Part shown: piece by piece, positions 1 to 38,687 of the stretch
Position numbering within the stretch: position 1 is the first letter of the stretch
Layout: every line of letters begins with the position of its first letter
Assembly (NCBI GenBank): GCA_963693365.1
Contig: CAVNZM010000002.1
Span: 13,735,615-13,799,614, forward strand
Origin: Amoebidium appalachense
Taxonomy: Eukaryota; Protista; Ichthyosporea
Length of the DNA stretch: 64,000 nucleotides
Direction: 5' to 3'
Made by a program: the position numbers and the translations under genes
Notes under the pieces: generated by a model
The model's input: only the letters and a program-made list of their open reading frames with translations
Told to the model about the DNA's origin: nothing
Database searches by the model: none

Positions 1-735
1 ACAAGTTACTTGAATACACAAAATCCCCCCGGGCTCGGTTCCTGAGCTCTCCTTTTTGGGACTTTTGTGTCTGAGTTGAAATAAAAGAAGCACTCTAAAA
101 TGCACACCAAGCTCCAAGTTCTCCTCACGTGGGTTACCAATCGGGCGAGCAGTATCATGTTACCATGCCATGTAGCATGCTAGGAGATGTCAGCCGGAAT
201 GGGATGAGTCGGGGGCAGGAGGGGAGGGGGGGGGGGCAGGGTGTGTGTGTGTGGGAGGGGGGTGGGAGGGAGAAGGGGGGTTCCAGCCGCAAATTCCCCA
301 TGCACTTACGTAAGAAATCTTCTCGTTTTTGGGCTCTTCAGTCGCAAACGGTGCCTCCGGAAGGGAAGCAACACCCTGTATGTCCGAGTGCATGGATTCC
401 ATATCGGTTATGACGTCATTTGCTACGTTTTCATTGGTCGTTGCCGTTGTAGGCTTCGATTTCGCCTCGGTGCCATCTGCAGCGGTTTCTGGTTGGGTGC
501 CACATGCCGGGGTGGCAGGAACCGTCGTTGGTGGTGATTGGATGGTTTTATCTGATGGAGTGATTTGATTGGTTGATTTTGCTGTTATCTCGTCTACGAT
601 CTGGCGGATGGTGTTGAATGCAACCCTTTCGACAAAGGCGGCGACAAAAGCGACGGTTGGGGTGCCGGTAAAGACCTCGTATGGCCGGGTACGGCTGGTG
701 AGATGTTTCGCACGGTGTATGTGTGGGTGCAGAAA

Positions 736-783
<48 letters not shown>

Positions 784-820
784 CGTGCGCACGCACGCGC
801 GCGTGTGTGTGTATGTGTAC

Positions 821-852
<32 letters not shown>

Positions 853-1714
853 ATGTGTGTGTGTATGATGTGTGTGTGTGTACTCCGCGCGCACGCGCGT
901 GTGTGCGTGTGTGTGCATGCGCGGGTGTGTTTTTAAGGTGGTGGTATGAAGGGCCGGAGAGGGAAAGCAGAGAGAAAGTGGTGGTGTGTGTGGGTTAGTT
1001 TATTATATCATTTTGCAGCAAAGCCAAGAGGTAGAGAACAGCGAAGGGAAATGTGCATGGGCAATGGCCAGGAAAAACTGGACTATTGCCGTGAGTGTGC
1101 ATGTAAGCGTGCCAAAAAAAATTGGGGCAGAGAGGGGGGATCCCATGAGTGGGAGGGAGGGAAGCGCAAGAACAATGATGATGGAGAAAACGGTGGATCC
1201 AACCAGGGGAGGGGAGGAACAGGGGGGGGGGGAGGCGGGGGGGAGGGGGGAGAGGGTAAGGGTGTGAAGAGGGAGTCTCACCAATGATAAAGAGGCTTGT
1301 CTAGGAGTAACCAAACCCAACGGAATTGTGGACACACAGGGTGAGGTCTAAAGAAAAACACTTATGCTAGTATACCGAAGTTCCACCCTGACCCCTTTTT
1401 ACCGGGATGTACCTGTATGCTTTAAGGGTTGGGTAGGTGCTGATGCCCTCTTCTTCACACAGTTGGCTGAAATGCTCACAGTCCACCTATGGAGCACACG
1501 TGCGTTAACGAATATTCTTCTGAATTTCTCCTCCTTTCCTGCTCTTTTTTCTCCCTAAAATCGTTTATTCCCCCATCCAAAACAACCTCAACAGCAAAAC
1601 ACATTCTAAGTAGCCACAGACACGAACAATGACAGATTCATACAGGCCGTTGCATTCTGTTTTTGGTCCCACAACGACACAGCTAGCCTGAGCACCTGAG
1701 CACGTGTGCAGGCG

Positions 1715-1777
<63 letters not shown>

Positions 1778-2684
1778 TTCCTCCCTCCCTCCCCCTCCGG
1801 CACACACACGACCATGGCCTTCCTTCCAAACACATTGCTGGCCGTTTTGCGACACTCCCCTTTTACCCTACTCCTCTTCGCTCCTCTCCCCTTCCCCTTC
1901 CCCGCTTTACCCCCACCGCTTACACAACAATCCCCATCCACACACACACACACCCAGCCCCACCCAGAGGACGGGCCAAGAGAAGGAAGAAAGCGGATGA
2001 GAAGGGCAGGAGAGGGGAAACAAGACCCGGGATGGGGGTGGTGGAGGGAGGGGGGGGGAGGAAATACCCGGGCAAGAGTTGCAATCTGGCCTCCACGTGA
2101 GTGCCTCAGCATCTAAGGGAGTGGTTTGGACGTGTCAGAAGCCAAACAGTGGAATTACTCATGCAAGTGCAAGTTATTGAGGGTCAAGGGTCAAACAGAA
2201 ATAAATAGGTGACTATAATTGGCAGCATGTGAACCAGAGGTGGTGAAAGTACAAAAGTGAGGGCCGGGCAAAGGGGTGAAGGGTACAGGCTGTGAGAATG
2301 GGGATCTAGAAGCCGGAATATGTGTGTGGTGGCGTGTGTATGAGTGTTGCTATGATATAGGTGTGCTTGTGTGTGAGTGTGCATATATCGTGTCGGTGAG
2401 TTCCCGTGTGTGTTTACACGTGTAATTGAGTTTACACCCAGGTAAACGTGTGTGTAAGGTGGTGTATGTTTACTACATAAATTTGTGCTTCTATTTATGT
2501 GTACTAAATTAGAGTGTTTTGGCTATCTGTGTGTATGTGCACATGGCCGAAATGAAACGAGTATGGCAGAATGACATAGACTAGAGAAGACTCTAGGTTA
2601 TGAAGAAAGGCCTGGACGGCAAGGGGCTGAGAATGGCCTAGCGGGAGGGAGTTCTGCTAGGACGGGGAACTGGACGGTTTTTTT

Positions 2685-2721
<37 letters not shown>

Positions 2722-3398
2722 GTAGAAACCGAAAAAATTATCTGTCTCTATGTATGGCAAAAGCGCAATCTATTTCCACGTTATCTCGTGCATGTTTCCC
2801 CTGTGTCACAATCTTTTTTGAACATTCAGGAATAATTCCTACTGGTTGGGCAATCCACACAGTCAGTTAAACATACTTGAACCCACCTTTGAGACCTCAC
2901 GGAACTTGCTTTTTGCCCTCGTGACAAAATCGCAGTAAATAGGCTCTCCCTCATATTTTTTGTTCTTGATGCACTCCGGGAGTTGCTTGCTGAAGTTGAC
3001 GATGAAAACACGGTGTGTGTTTTTGAGCTCTAAAAACTGTTTCTCGCTCTTTATGAGAACCATTTCGGTGTCGCGGTAGGCCTCGGGGTCATGTTCAGGC
3101 TCGTGTTGCCTGTCCGAGGTAGTTAAGCATGGACTATATTAGACTGGAGTCATACATAGCTACCTAATAGTCATGCATATGGGTCAGTGTTTCTTCAGAA
3201 TTTCCGAACATCTTCTGGCATTTTGATTCGCAAAAAGAAACATTCGGATATACCGAGGTATTGTGGTTATCATGGTGGGTATCACGGTGCTAGTATGTAC
3301 TATACCGCTCAGGCATCGATATTCGGGATGCACAACCAGGAAATGCTATGGCTTTACAAAAATAAAACATCGGATTCCAGAGACTGTGTGACTGTGTG

Positions 3399-3455
<57 letters not shown>

Positions 3456-3982
3456 GTAAGGCTATAATTGTGACCCGTGCAGCATGCAGACGTACACAAG
3501 GCCTCCTAAATACGAAAATAACTATAATATACTTATGTTTGTATATAGAAGAAGGCCTCGTGTATACGTCAGTGTGCGGGACTGTGCACTGGCTGCCGGT
3601 CTCAGCGGTGTTCGGAATCCACTCAAGAGTGCAATGCACCAAAGTGTCACACAAATAAGATACCGGACACCAAAAAACCTCACCGGGGATGGGGCATCTA
3701 ATGAAACACACAACCGATGCAATGTTTCCAAAAAGACAGAAATTATGAGTCAGGCAAGTTGGCGCTACGTGTCCGTGTCATATGTGCGCGTGCATGACGC
3801 ACAACCTATCTGCCGCTATCTGAAATGGCAAATGCGTGTGCCATAACCAAACATCGGTGGCGCAATGGAGGTGTAAGAAGCCCTATGCATATGACTCTGC
3901 CATAAACTTAATATTAATGAAGGTTTATGCCATTGTGGCTGCCAAAAAAGAAAAAAAAAAAAGGGGGGGGGGGGGGAGGGGG

Positions 3983-4022
<40 letters not shown>

Positions 4023-4253
4023 GGGGGATCCATATGCATGGAGAGCTCGGTCACGACGGGAAATGCTGCAGGAGATAGGGAGAGGCCGCGAGGCAGTTTT
4101 ACAGTATGGTGTGATTTTAAACTGAGTTAAGCACATGACTAGCAAAGGCGTGCAACTATTATCAAATTTAGTGGAACTTAGTCAAGGGGACACCTACTTG
4201 CCCACGGCCGTCCCCGCTAGAGCAGCCACGAGTGCAAGCGCGAGGAACCTCAT
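1..4253 (-). CDS. Secreted/ER thioredoxin-fold (PDI-like) protein without a CxxC motif; multi-exon, 3' end runs off the window
   Basis: Phase-compatible GT-AG exons: 4253-4198 ([19 protein letters not shown], signal-peptide-like), 3109-2887, 2112-2068, 1486-1413, 694-310 and probably 94-<1. The spliced product ...[69 protein letters not shown] follows the PDI/Trx pattern (VDC..LC...I..YPTLK..G.RT). Confidence 0.8.
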
Positions 4254-5559
4254 AATGCCGGGTCAATTGAAATGTTGGATACCCGAGGATTTTTTTGGTG
4301 GTGGGTGGCGGAAAATGGAGCCTATTGATTAATCTTTCATTCGGTGCTTTGTGCACACATGGACGCAGCTCCGGATCATATGTGCACTCAATGAATATAG
4401 TAATATGTGTGTGTGTAACCGGTCAACAGTGTTTGTCTTCACTCGACGGATGTGAACTTGTGCACGTGCTTAATAGAAACTTATGTGTATGGGTCGAGGA
4501 GTTCAGGTTCTAAAAATTCAAGTAAAAACTCAGAAAAGCAAGCCGGAGTTTTCAAAAGTGTATACAAAGCCCGAATATAGGCACCTGGTGATACAGCACA
4601 CACTCGCCCTTTGGACGAATGTTGTCAAACTGATCAGGAGCACCTAGGGTTGCGTTTATGTATGTGCAGGTGGCTCACACAGTCAAAGCGCGGCAAAAAA
4701 AACACTTCGAGAACTGTTCAAATGCGCCGGTGTATAAATTACACAATACAAGAAGCTGTAAGTGACTTTCAAAAAACGGAATAATTATGGCCTAACTAAT
4801 AATTGTAGCAGACAACTAAAAAAAAGATTCTTAAAATATAACTAAATCTCATCTGGAACTTTATTTTTCAAAACTACGAATTACGTTGAGCCTACATGCA
4901 TTGTGCTTTTACCCTCCTCCAAATTGCTCACTTAAACCAAATACAGCTATGTTACCCTTTCAACCATTGGCTATCTTTACAAGTTACCAAAAATGGGGTT
5001 TGTTTAGTCGGGGACAGCCACTCAACAGCGTCGCCACACATTCCTACGATTGCCCACTGGTAACGAAACCAACTTTGCATGTTCTCGCAGGATTTTGTTA
5101 CCCAAATTTCAAACTTTTGTGGTATTGTTTCTCTTCCAGCTAACAATTTGGCATGTTTTGGTAAATTTGCGGCGCACCATTCTGATCAGCTCTAGTTGTG
5201 TTCTTTTCTGAAGCCAAGCTCAAAGATATTACCTTCCATTTTTTGTTTTCCGAAGGAGTAAGCTAAGAAAGTTTAGAAGAGGGAAGGACCTTTACCCACA
5301 AAAACTTAGAGTATTCTTAACCTTTTTGCTGCCCTAGCGTGTCAGGGTAGCCCCACAGCAACACACGCACCGGGGTTACACCCCACGAACTCCAGGGATA
5401 AGCCTTCGTCAGGCTGTATAGTTCCTTAGGGAATTTCTGGAAAAATAGCATTGGCGTGCGGCAGTTCTTTAACAGTAGCATTGTGAAGGAGTAAAACAGA
5501 GCTTTAATCGAGTTGGGATGTGCTGCCATGCAAGATAGGCTCAGGCACACACAGAGAGA

Positions 5560-18689
<13,130 letters not shown>

Positions 18690-19367
18690 TCGTATCTACC
18701 GATTACGAGGGGCACATAAGCCAATCACATTGTGCGATCAAGAACCATATTTGGCGAAGGCTCATGATTTGAGATTCGGTTCGGCAAAAGGTTGAAGTGT
18801 TTGGTGCATCCTCACTTGGAAGGTTGGAAAAGTGTATAAATCGGCTCGGGTGGAAATCTTTTCATGCATGTGTTGTATTGCACACACCCTGTGATGTAAA
18901 GCCCGGATCGATGCATACATACAGACATGCACAACACAACGATAGGATAGCTTGGATATTTAGGACACAGTCTTGCATGACTTGCACACACACCTGGTGA
19001 CAGAGCGCATGCACACACACACACACACGTACACTTGCACCACCAAAACAGCACCCACACATACAAGGAATCACACATCACACATACAAGCACACACAAA
19101 AACATAAACAACTCTCCACTCCCTGGTTATCCCCGTTCCAGTGACGTATTGGGTGTTTCCAGATTTTAGCATCAATCGTTTACTGCACACATGAACTTTG
19201 CTGGTTTTCTTTCTCCACATCGATTTATGACTGTTTGAATCCTGTATTTTTTTTTCACTAACTGACTAATTATGATTACAAACATGGCATGCGTGCACGT
19301 GTGGATAGGGGGTTGTGCACATTTAGGTCTACATAGGAACCCGTGCACACACACAAACACATGCACA

Positions 19368-19432
<65 letters not shown>

Positions 19433-19974
19433 GCGCGCCCGCCGGCACGGTTACACAAAGACTCCAGCACAGCGGCCCAGGTGTATGCACACACGTACAC
19501 GTGCACACATACACATGCACCCGCATTCACACGGGACGGGCACAACACACACTGTGACACACGTACACGCCCACGAACACGCACACGCGTGCACACACAC
19601 ACACACACACACACAAGCACCATTCCACGAGGGAGATTTCATTCGTAGTACATATATAGCAGGTAGATTTATGGGAAACCATGGCTTACATTTGTATGAG
19701 TGACCTTTAATGCGATAACATGCCCATGCGGATAATATATAGCTAGAATCAACAACTTATACAAGAAACATACTTGAAGTATTCTGTTTGATATGAGCAA
19801 CTAGAAGTTAACATGTTCTATGTACATGTAATGCCTTGATGCGAATAAATCTCCAAAACCGTTTCAATTTCTAGGTAACGTTTGTCTTGGTGTCAAGTTG
19901 CTGCTTCACAGGACATTGACCCGATTCGTTTTGCACCATCGACGTGTGCATGCCACATGTGGAGTCGTTGGATG

Positions 19975-20025
<51 letters not shown>

Positions 20026-20121
20026 AGTTCGCCCAACATATACACACGCACACAACCACCAAAGTCGATATTCTGCTTTCTATCATAGTCCGTCTTGAAT
20101 GTGTATTTGGTACTGTCTAAT

Positions 20122-20176
<55 letters not shown>

Positions 20177-20318
20177 ACCCACCCACCCTTTCCCCTCCCC
20201 TGCGCACACACCTCCAACCCACCTCCCCCCACCCCCCTTTCCTCCCCCACGGCTCCCCGGGAGGTGGCCAAGTGTGTGTTTTGAATGTAATCGTCGGCGT
20301 CCTAGTAACCATGTATTA

Positions 20319-20603
20319 ACCAACCACCGCATCTCCCATTTTAGACGCGATCGAGGTTGATCCGATCGAGGATTCCAAATTGCCCTGAGCAGCCTATGAA
20401 GTTATCGAACTTATCAACCAATCGAGGGCGTGACATCATTTGTTCACGCAGCCGTTTTGGCGCTTATCTTGAATCTTTGGGGCGAAATCGTATGTCAACA
20501 TCGGCAATATGACCTAAAATTCTGATTGGTGAGCCCCATCTGAGAATTGTGGCTCTCAGCTGATCGCTGTCCAGACGCTAAAATGGGAGATGCGGTGGTT
20601 GGT
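20319..20603. mobile_element. MITE (~285 bp) with perfect 26-bp terminal inverted repeats
   Basis: ACCAACCACCGCATCTCCCATTTTAG (20319-20344) and CTAAAATGGGAGATGCGGTGGTTGGT (20578-20603). TTA(A) lies near both ends but the TSD register is off by 1-2 nt. Confidence 0.75.
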
Positions 20604-21060
20604 GTTAAGGGGGTTTCTTTTAGGTGTCTGGGTCGGGTCAGGCCAGAGGGGATTCTAGCTATGTGATTGGCCTATTGCGCATCAGAGCCGGTGCCGGTAG
20701 CCGATACGTTTTGCAGGCAGCAAGGCACAGCCATAATACAACCAAAAAAAGAAAAAGAAACAATATTAATAGAAAGGGAAGAAGAATTAATAACCAAGCG
20801 TTAGAAAGAAGATTGCAGTTCAGCTGGCTTGACCCGGATGTGCTGGAATGTGGCCCATTAATCGGCCCAAAAGAAACCCCCTTCAACCCACAATTGTCAT
20901 GCAAAGTTTACGTGTATAGAACCACAACTCTCTAAATATAGCTTGTGTTCACCCAAAAAGAATACAAAACATGATGTTCATGCGCATTTATTCGGATTTA
21001 TTGGCCAACTGGGCGTGCACCATTCTACTTTTAGGCCCGCCAGCTGCCTTTGGCCTATAT

Positions 21061-32615
<11,555 letters not shown>

Positions 32616-32679
32616 TGTGACTGCAACGACATGTTGTCAGTGTAAAAACGTGGTCTCTAAAGAGCAGGGGGTGGGGGGT

Positions 32680-32713
<34 letters not shown>

Positions 32714-32768
32714 GAAAGGAAAAATCCAAGAATACGGGGAGGGGGAGGGGGTGTGTGTATGTGCGTGT

Positions 32769-32809
<41 letters not shown>

Positions 32810-32917
32810 AGGGGCAGAGGGGGCAAGGGGGGAGGAGAAGTGAAGATCAAGGGTGAGAAAGGGCAGTCAGGGAGCAAAGGGGAGGAAGAAACGGCGTGGG
32901 GGCGGGCGAGGGGGAAA

Positions 32918-32949
<32 letters not shown>

Positions 32950-33937
32950 GGAAGATCGTCATGGCATTTTACCCCCAAAGCCTCTGGCGGAAGGGGTGGG
33001 GAGGGGAGGGGGGGGGGGGGGGGCTGTCGAAAGCTTTTCATAGGCACAGCAAATAAGAGAGTGCAGATAATGCAAAAAGGCCATAGGTGTACAGAGGTCT
33101 ACGCAAGTTTGTGTTTATAGAAGGGCGGGTGGGTGCCGTGCCGTGTGTGTGTGTGTGAATTGGGGTGTTTGTGTGCGTGCGTGTGTGTGCGTGCGTGCGT
33201 GCGTGCGTGTGCATGCGTGCGTGCATGTGAGTGTGAGTGTGTGTGTGCGCGCGCACGCGTGCGCGCGCGAGTGTGTGTGTGTGTGTGTGTGTGTGTAGAT
33301 CCATAGGTGTGTGCATCTCTGTATACAAGTATGGTATGTGAATGAGTGATAAAATATGATTGTACGTGTGTGCGCGCGAGAAAAGGCATGCCTGGCCGTT
33401 CGTGCGTCCGTGCACGCACACACGGCATGGGTGTAAAAAGTTGCCCGTCTCCCCGTTTCACCTCCTCAACCCCGGTCAAGGGGTATCTCACTGTGTCCTA
33501 AGTTCAGTTTGACATAATAATCACGCGTAAAAACTTGCCTTATGAAGCGTAAGATTCCAAGAGGGTGCTGATGTTGAGAGGTAACACAGACCTGGAGAAA
33601 AAGAAGAGAGAAAGAAACCCTCAAAAGCCCGAAAAACGAAGACACAAGCCCTCCTTTGATTTCACCTCGAGCGGGAGCAACGCCTTAATCTTCCTGCCTG
33701 ATTCAACAGCCCTTGTACTTGGGCATAAAAAAGTGGGAAACGTTGGCTGATAAAGGCGAAGTGAGAAAGAAACTATTTTCTAATACTAAATAGGAGTGGA
33801 GTTTTCTCTCTCTCTCGGTCGTCTGCCAAGTCAACCTCCGTGTTGTTTTTTCCAGCCTGAGCCTCCGTCGCTGAGCTGCGGTTATTGAATCAAGGGGGGT
33901 ATTTTTATGAAATCGAGTTCAACAAAACGTAATTACC

Positions 33938-34135
33938 ATGGCCGATCCCTGCTATTACCGGAGGAAAATTGGCTTTTTGGACCCCTATTTCCAGCCACTG
34001 GGGTTTTTTCTTATATCTTGTGATGACGTAAGCAGTCAATGTAGCGGTCCTATGGTTGTAGTCATATGGTTTCATTCTCTCATCGATGTCGTTGTAGTCA
34101 TGATTTTGTATATATATTGTAGGTAGAGGGAGGAG

Positions 34136-34171
<36 letters not shown>

Positions 34172-34175
34172 CAGC

Positions 34176-34208
<33 letters not shown>

Positions 34209-34827
34209 CAGATAGAGAGAGAGAGAGAGAGAAGAGAGAGAGAAGCAGCTGAGAGGGAGAGAACAGGAGAAAGGGAGCGAGCATGGTCATGGCCATTTGT
34301 GAGTGGGCCAGTCCCCCCCCCCCCCCCTCTCCCCCCCCCTCCCCCCCCCCCACACCCACGTTTCCCCCCTCCTCACTAATAAATACAGGCAAGATGTGGA
34401 GCCGATTCATTCTGCTGGGCAAAAAGAGTTCCATTCGAAGTTCTCGAGATCCCCACGTCCGACTGCATGCGCAGACAAGTGGGTTGCACTTGGAATGATG
34501 AAAGGGCGATAGTCATATTGATGACAACAGGAAACTCAAGTGCTAGTCCGCCAAAACCGGTGTATACATAACATCGTAAGGATGTGGAGGGGAGGTGGGG
34601 GGGGAGCAGGGGGGTGGGGTAGGGGTGGGGGGGTAGGGGTGAGGGGGCGGGAGGGTGGGGGGAGGGGGGAAGAAGCCGAATGGGAACCTCACATGCGTGG
34701 TTGGGGAAGCACCGAATGGCTTATGCAGAAGCATATCCAGGGGTTAAAGACGATACTTACGCCTGCTTTTGGACCACGTATATGGGGAAAATACGGACTT
34801 TTAGTCGATGTTCTTCGTAAATTCTAG
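33938..34827 (+). CDS. Small hypothetical spliced gene, divergent from Rpt5
   Basis: Phase-0 exons 33938-34027 (ends GAC|gtaagc), 34389-34478 (branch point CACTAAT, acag| acceptor, |gtgggt donor) and 34741-34827 give MADPCYYRRKIGFLDPYFQPLGFFLISCDD-ARCGADSFCWAKRVPFEVLEIPTSDCMRRQ-GLKTILTPAFGPRIWGKYGLLVDVLRKF*. I recognise no family, and the 3' end is uncertain. Confidence 0.5.
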
Positions 34828-35038
34828 TTATCATTGTTGTGGGTGAGTGGGTGGGTGGGTGGAGATGAGTGCCGGTGTGTGTGTGTGTACCGGGTGGGTG
34901 GGTGGGGGCCCGGGGGGAGGGGGGGAGGGGGGGGGGGAGGGGGAGGCAATCAGTGCTGCACGTTCTCATTAGGGAGTCGTAGAAGTAAATGTTGAACGGG
35001 GCGGTGTGGGGGGGGCGAGGGCGGAGAGGGGGGGGAGG

Positions 35039-35069
<31 letters not shown>

Positions 35070-35448
35070 CGGGGGAAGAGGGGGGGAGGGGGGGACCACC
35101 ACCCTACGCGTACAGGTGGGCCTTCTTCGGATTCCCACCGTTAGGTCCTACTGAGGGCAGGGGGTGAGGGGTCCCGGTGTGCGGGCGAGGGCTGGGCGGG
35201 CAGCGGCCGGGGGGAGGGGATGGGGGGGTAGAGGGGAGGGTACAACCCCTTGACGATCACATGATGTGACATCATTTAGCACCCTCCCCCAGCACACAGT
35301 GTGATACATTGCAAACAGCACATAGTGATAGATCGCAAACATGCGAAAAAGAAAAAAATAAACATCAAGAGAAATTCGTGCGCGCACATGTGCATCTCGC
35401 ACTTCCCCCCCCCCTTCCCCCCTCCCCCCCTCCCCCCCCCCCTCCCCC

Positions 35449-35489
<41 letters not shown>

Positions 35490-36601
35490 CCTTTGCATTT
35501 GTTTCCCTCTTGTTCTGGCCTTTTCATGCCGCCGTCCTTCAGTGGGTGGGTCCCAGCCCCAGGGAGCCTACGCAACCAACCGAGCAGGTTGGTCATGATT
35601 CTGTACACACAGTGACGGAACGATTGTCACGTTAATTAACAACACCTACACTTAATTGACTATTGAGTTACATGCTCCCCGGGTATATTTGGGCGGTCGT
35701 GCATGGTGTGGTGCTACGTGGAGCTGTGGGGCCCTGTGTGTACATATGTAGTAGGGTGGGTTGTATCTCATGCTCTGCACCCTCTGATTTTTAAACTTGC
35801 ATCTAAAATGCAATAGTGGGTGCTGGTAGGGCAGTTTACACGTGTGGGTCTCTGCGTACGTGTGTCTGCAGGCCGGGCATATGCTGGTCAGGTTGCACAC
35901 ACACGCACACACGCAAGGTGTCACAGTGTACGTCGCATGTCCAACACCATCTATGCGGCGTACACACACTCCTGTGCACAAGGCCCGCACAGTGTGCACA
36001 CAAAGGCAAAGCACGTGAAGTTCCTTCTTTCTCTCTGATTCGCCTCCTCTGCTCTCCACACCCTCCCTCTCTCCCTTCATATTTCGCTCTTTTCCCGTAG
36101 GTCTAAAATGCCGTAGCCAGGTTTGGTGTCGTGACATGTGAATGAATGCGGCGCCAACATCACTTAAAGTCATATACACACCACACGGACATGCCCGTGC
36201 ACGCCTGTGTCATACACACGTACATACAATTTGAAGCGTGTTTCAGGAGCGCCAGGTAGACACAAAACACCCACAAGGTAAATACACAGACACACGCAGA
36301 CACACACGGTGTCACACACGTGTGCACTTGCGCGCGCACATGGATTCACAGATTCACTCGCACACACCGTACACAAACACACCATTTGAGCATATCGCTG
36401 CCAGGCTCTAACTCAGGCACACATGTACACCTTCACACAACCCTCCTTCCCCCCTCTCTGCCCCCCCCAAGAGACACGCACACTATTACACACACACTCA
36501 AAACACACACACACATATAGACATCGTGGTGGCGGGGGGGGGGGGGGGGGGGGGGGGGGGCACGATCCACCAACACCAATAACATGAGGGTGGGAAGGTT
36601 T

Positions 36602-36636
<35 letters not shown>

Positions 36637-37622
36637 TCTCCTACATGCACCCCAGAAGGCGGTGTGGGGGGGCAGATGGGATTAAGAAAAAAACAAAGGG
36701 CTTTTGGTAATTATCCCTCCCCCTCCCCCCTTCCCCCCGCCCTCACCCACCACCAACAACAACAACAACAAACACACACCTGTCCTCGTTTCACAAAAGT
36801 TGATAACCTTGGAGAGGTTGACATGCCTACACAAATATTCGAGGCTGCTGTGACCACCTTACTACCCACCGTTATCGTGGACGGTCAGTGGCCGGACGAT
36901 CATATGATAGTGTGTGTGGGTATATTCAATAAATCTGTTTTGTGTTTGCTCCTGGGTTTGTATGTGTATGGTGCACATTCACAAAAGGATCACATTTAGC
37001 GCCTATATGCATGTGTTGTGCGCTCGCCTGCACCAGGAATATGCTTTTGTGCGGTTGCTACGTGAGCATGAACGGTACCGGTAGGATGCTATTGTGTGTG
37101 CCACCCCAGTTGCTTGTGCATAATCTCATAATGAATGTGTGGTCTTGCACGCGGCATTGAATCACGCTTGTAGTGCCAAACACATGTCCACCGTGACCGG
37201 GCCGAACGCCAGTAAGAATGATTCGTGAATTCTGTCCATATTCCCACGGAAATCAGACACGTGTACACTTCTTGCTTTCTGAGTAGCTGGAACCTGCCAG
37301 GCCTGCCCACCCTGCCATTCATTACTATTGAAGGCTCAGCCTTCGGTTTTATGTTGATTACACATGAATTTTTTATTTTTTTTTTGGTTGGTTTTTTGCG
37401 CTACAAGTTCAGAGCACTTGTTTATATGAAAACTTAACCCTATATAAAAAATCATTTCCTCATTTCACTCCTTCATTCTGGAGCATACAAAATAGTTTCA
37501 TCATCACATTTAGCATTCAATATTCCTCATTTTACCATTTCCCCCTGCCACATTGGCCACCAAGAAGCTTCAACAGAAGCGTCATAATGTCAGAACCACG
37601 GAAAAGTGAGACCTGAAGGTTA

Positions 37623-38283
37623 TTATTTCGGGATCACGAAAAATATATCTCGTGATATATATATTATATACACTTTCACATACATACAGTTGCCGATGTA
37701 GCATTGCAGCACAGCCATCCTTGCCTTCGTCTTCAGTTGATTTCTCCCGTTCAGAAAAACGTGGATTTTACGTTCACAATTCCATGTTAAACATGCACTG
37801 CTCGTCTCCGCCACGTGGCTCCTCATAGCAACTCGTACTCGAATTTTGTCTTGAAATGTAGGAGTTAAATGCCTTGGGCATACTTAGTTCGACCATAGAC
37901 GGTTCAATGGGGGCTTGGTCTCTCTTTGGGGCTAGAAGACCTCTGGCTTCGAGATACGTTTCCGTGCGTAACCGTTCTGAGAAACTCATTCGAGCAAGTC
38001 GTTGTCTCCAAGCGTCAGACTCTGACCGACCGCTGGACATCTGGAGGCCACCGAAAGTCATTTTCCTCATGACTATTGGAAGTAAACTCTTACGGTTTTT
38101 GTTGTAAAAGGGTAACACCCTCAAATGTTGGTGCCTTTTCTTTTTGGGTAACGTGTGACAACTAGCATGCGAAAATTCTCGTTTTGTGTTGGGCCTAATC
38201 GCGAAAAATGATGCAATCTGCTGTGTGTCAAGCTTTTTATACCTGGTGTAGGTGAAGCATTCTCGGGCATTCCATGACGGCAT
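37623..38283 (-). pseudogene. Intronless, apparently decayed ORF (possible TE relic)
   Basis: 169-aa ORF in microsatellite-free DNA, with an overlapping Cys/His-rich continuation in other frames. Confidence 0.3.
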
Positions 38284-38586
38284 TGGTTACCCAATCGACC
38301 TATCCCAGCGCGATACCATGGCGCATGCATCGAATGCCATCGATAATGGAGGCATGAGTCAAACGCATGGGGGGCATGAGTTCAAATCATATTATCCAAG
38401 TCTTATGTGTATAGAATTGGTTGGGGGATGATAATCGTTTATAATATATGTTAGTTTGATGAAAGACTTGTCAATGGCACATTTTTATTTGGGGTTAGAG
38501 ACTAAAGCTCTGCCTTGGGTCAGGTGACGCCGCAAAATTTTTGGAGCCACCGTTGTTTTTTCTTTTAGATCTGGACCAGGATTTTC

Positions 38587-38687
38587 AACCAATCTAAATC
38601 CTTCGTCCGCCAACGCACCAGCATTAACCAATCCATGGCTAGACTAAATCGAATTTTAGCCAATCGTTTCCTTTGATTAGCCAATCG
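38587..38687. promoter_or_regulatory. Cluster of four CCAAT boxes
   Basis: AACCAATC, AACCAATC, AGCCAATC and AGCCAATC within 100 bp, ~300 bp upstream of the minus-strand ORF at 38283. Confidence 0.4.
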
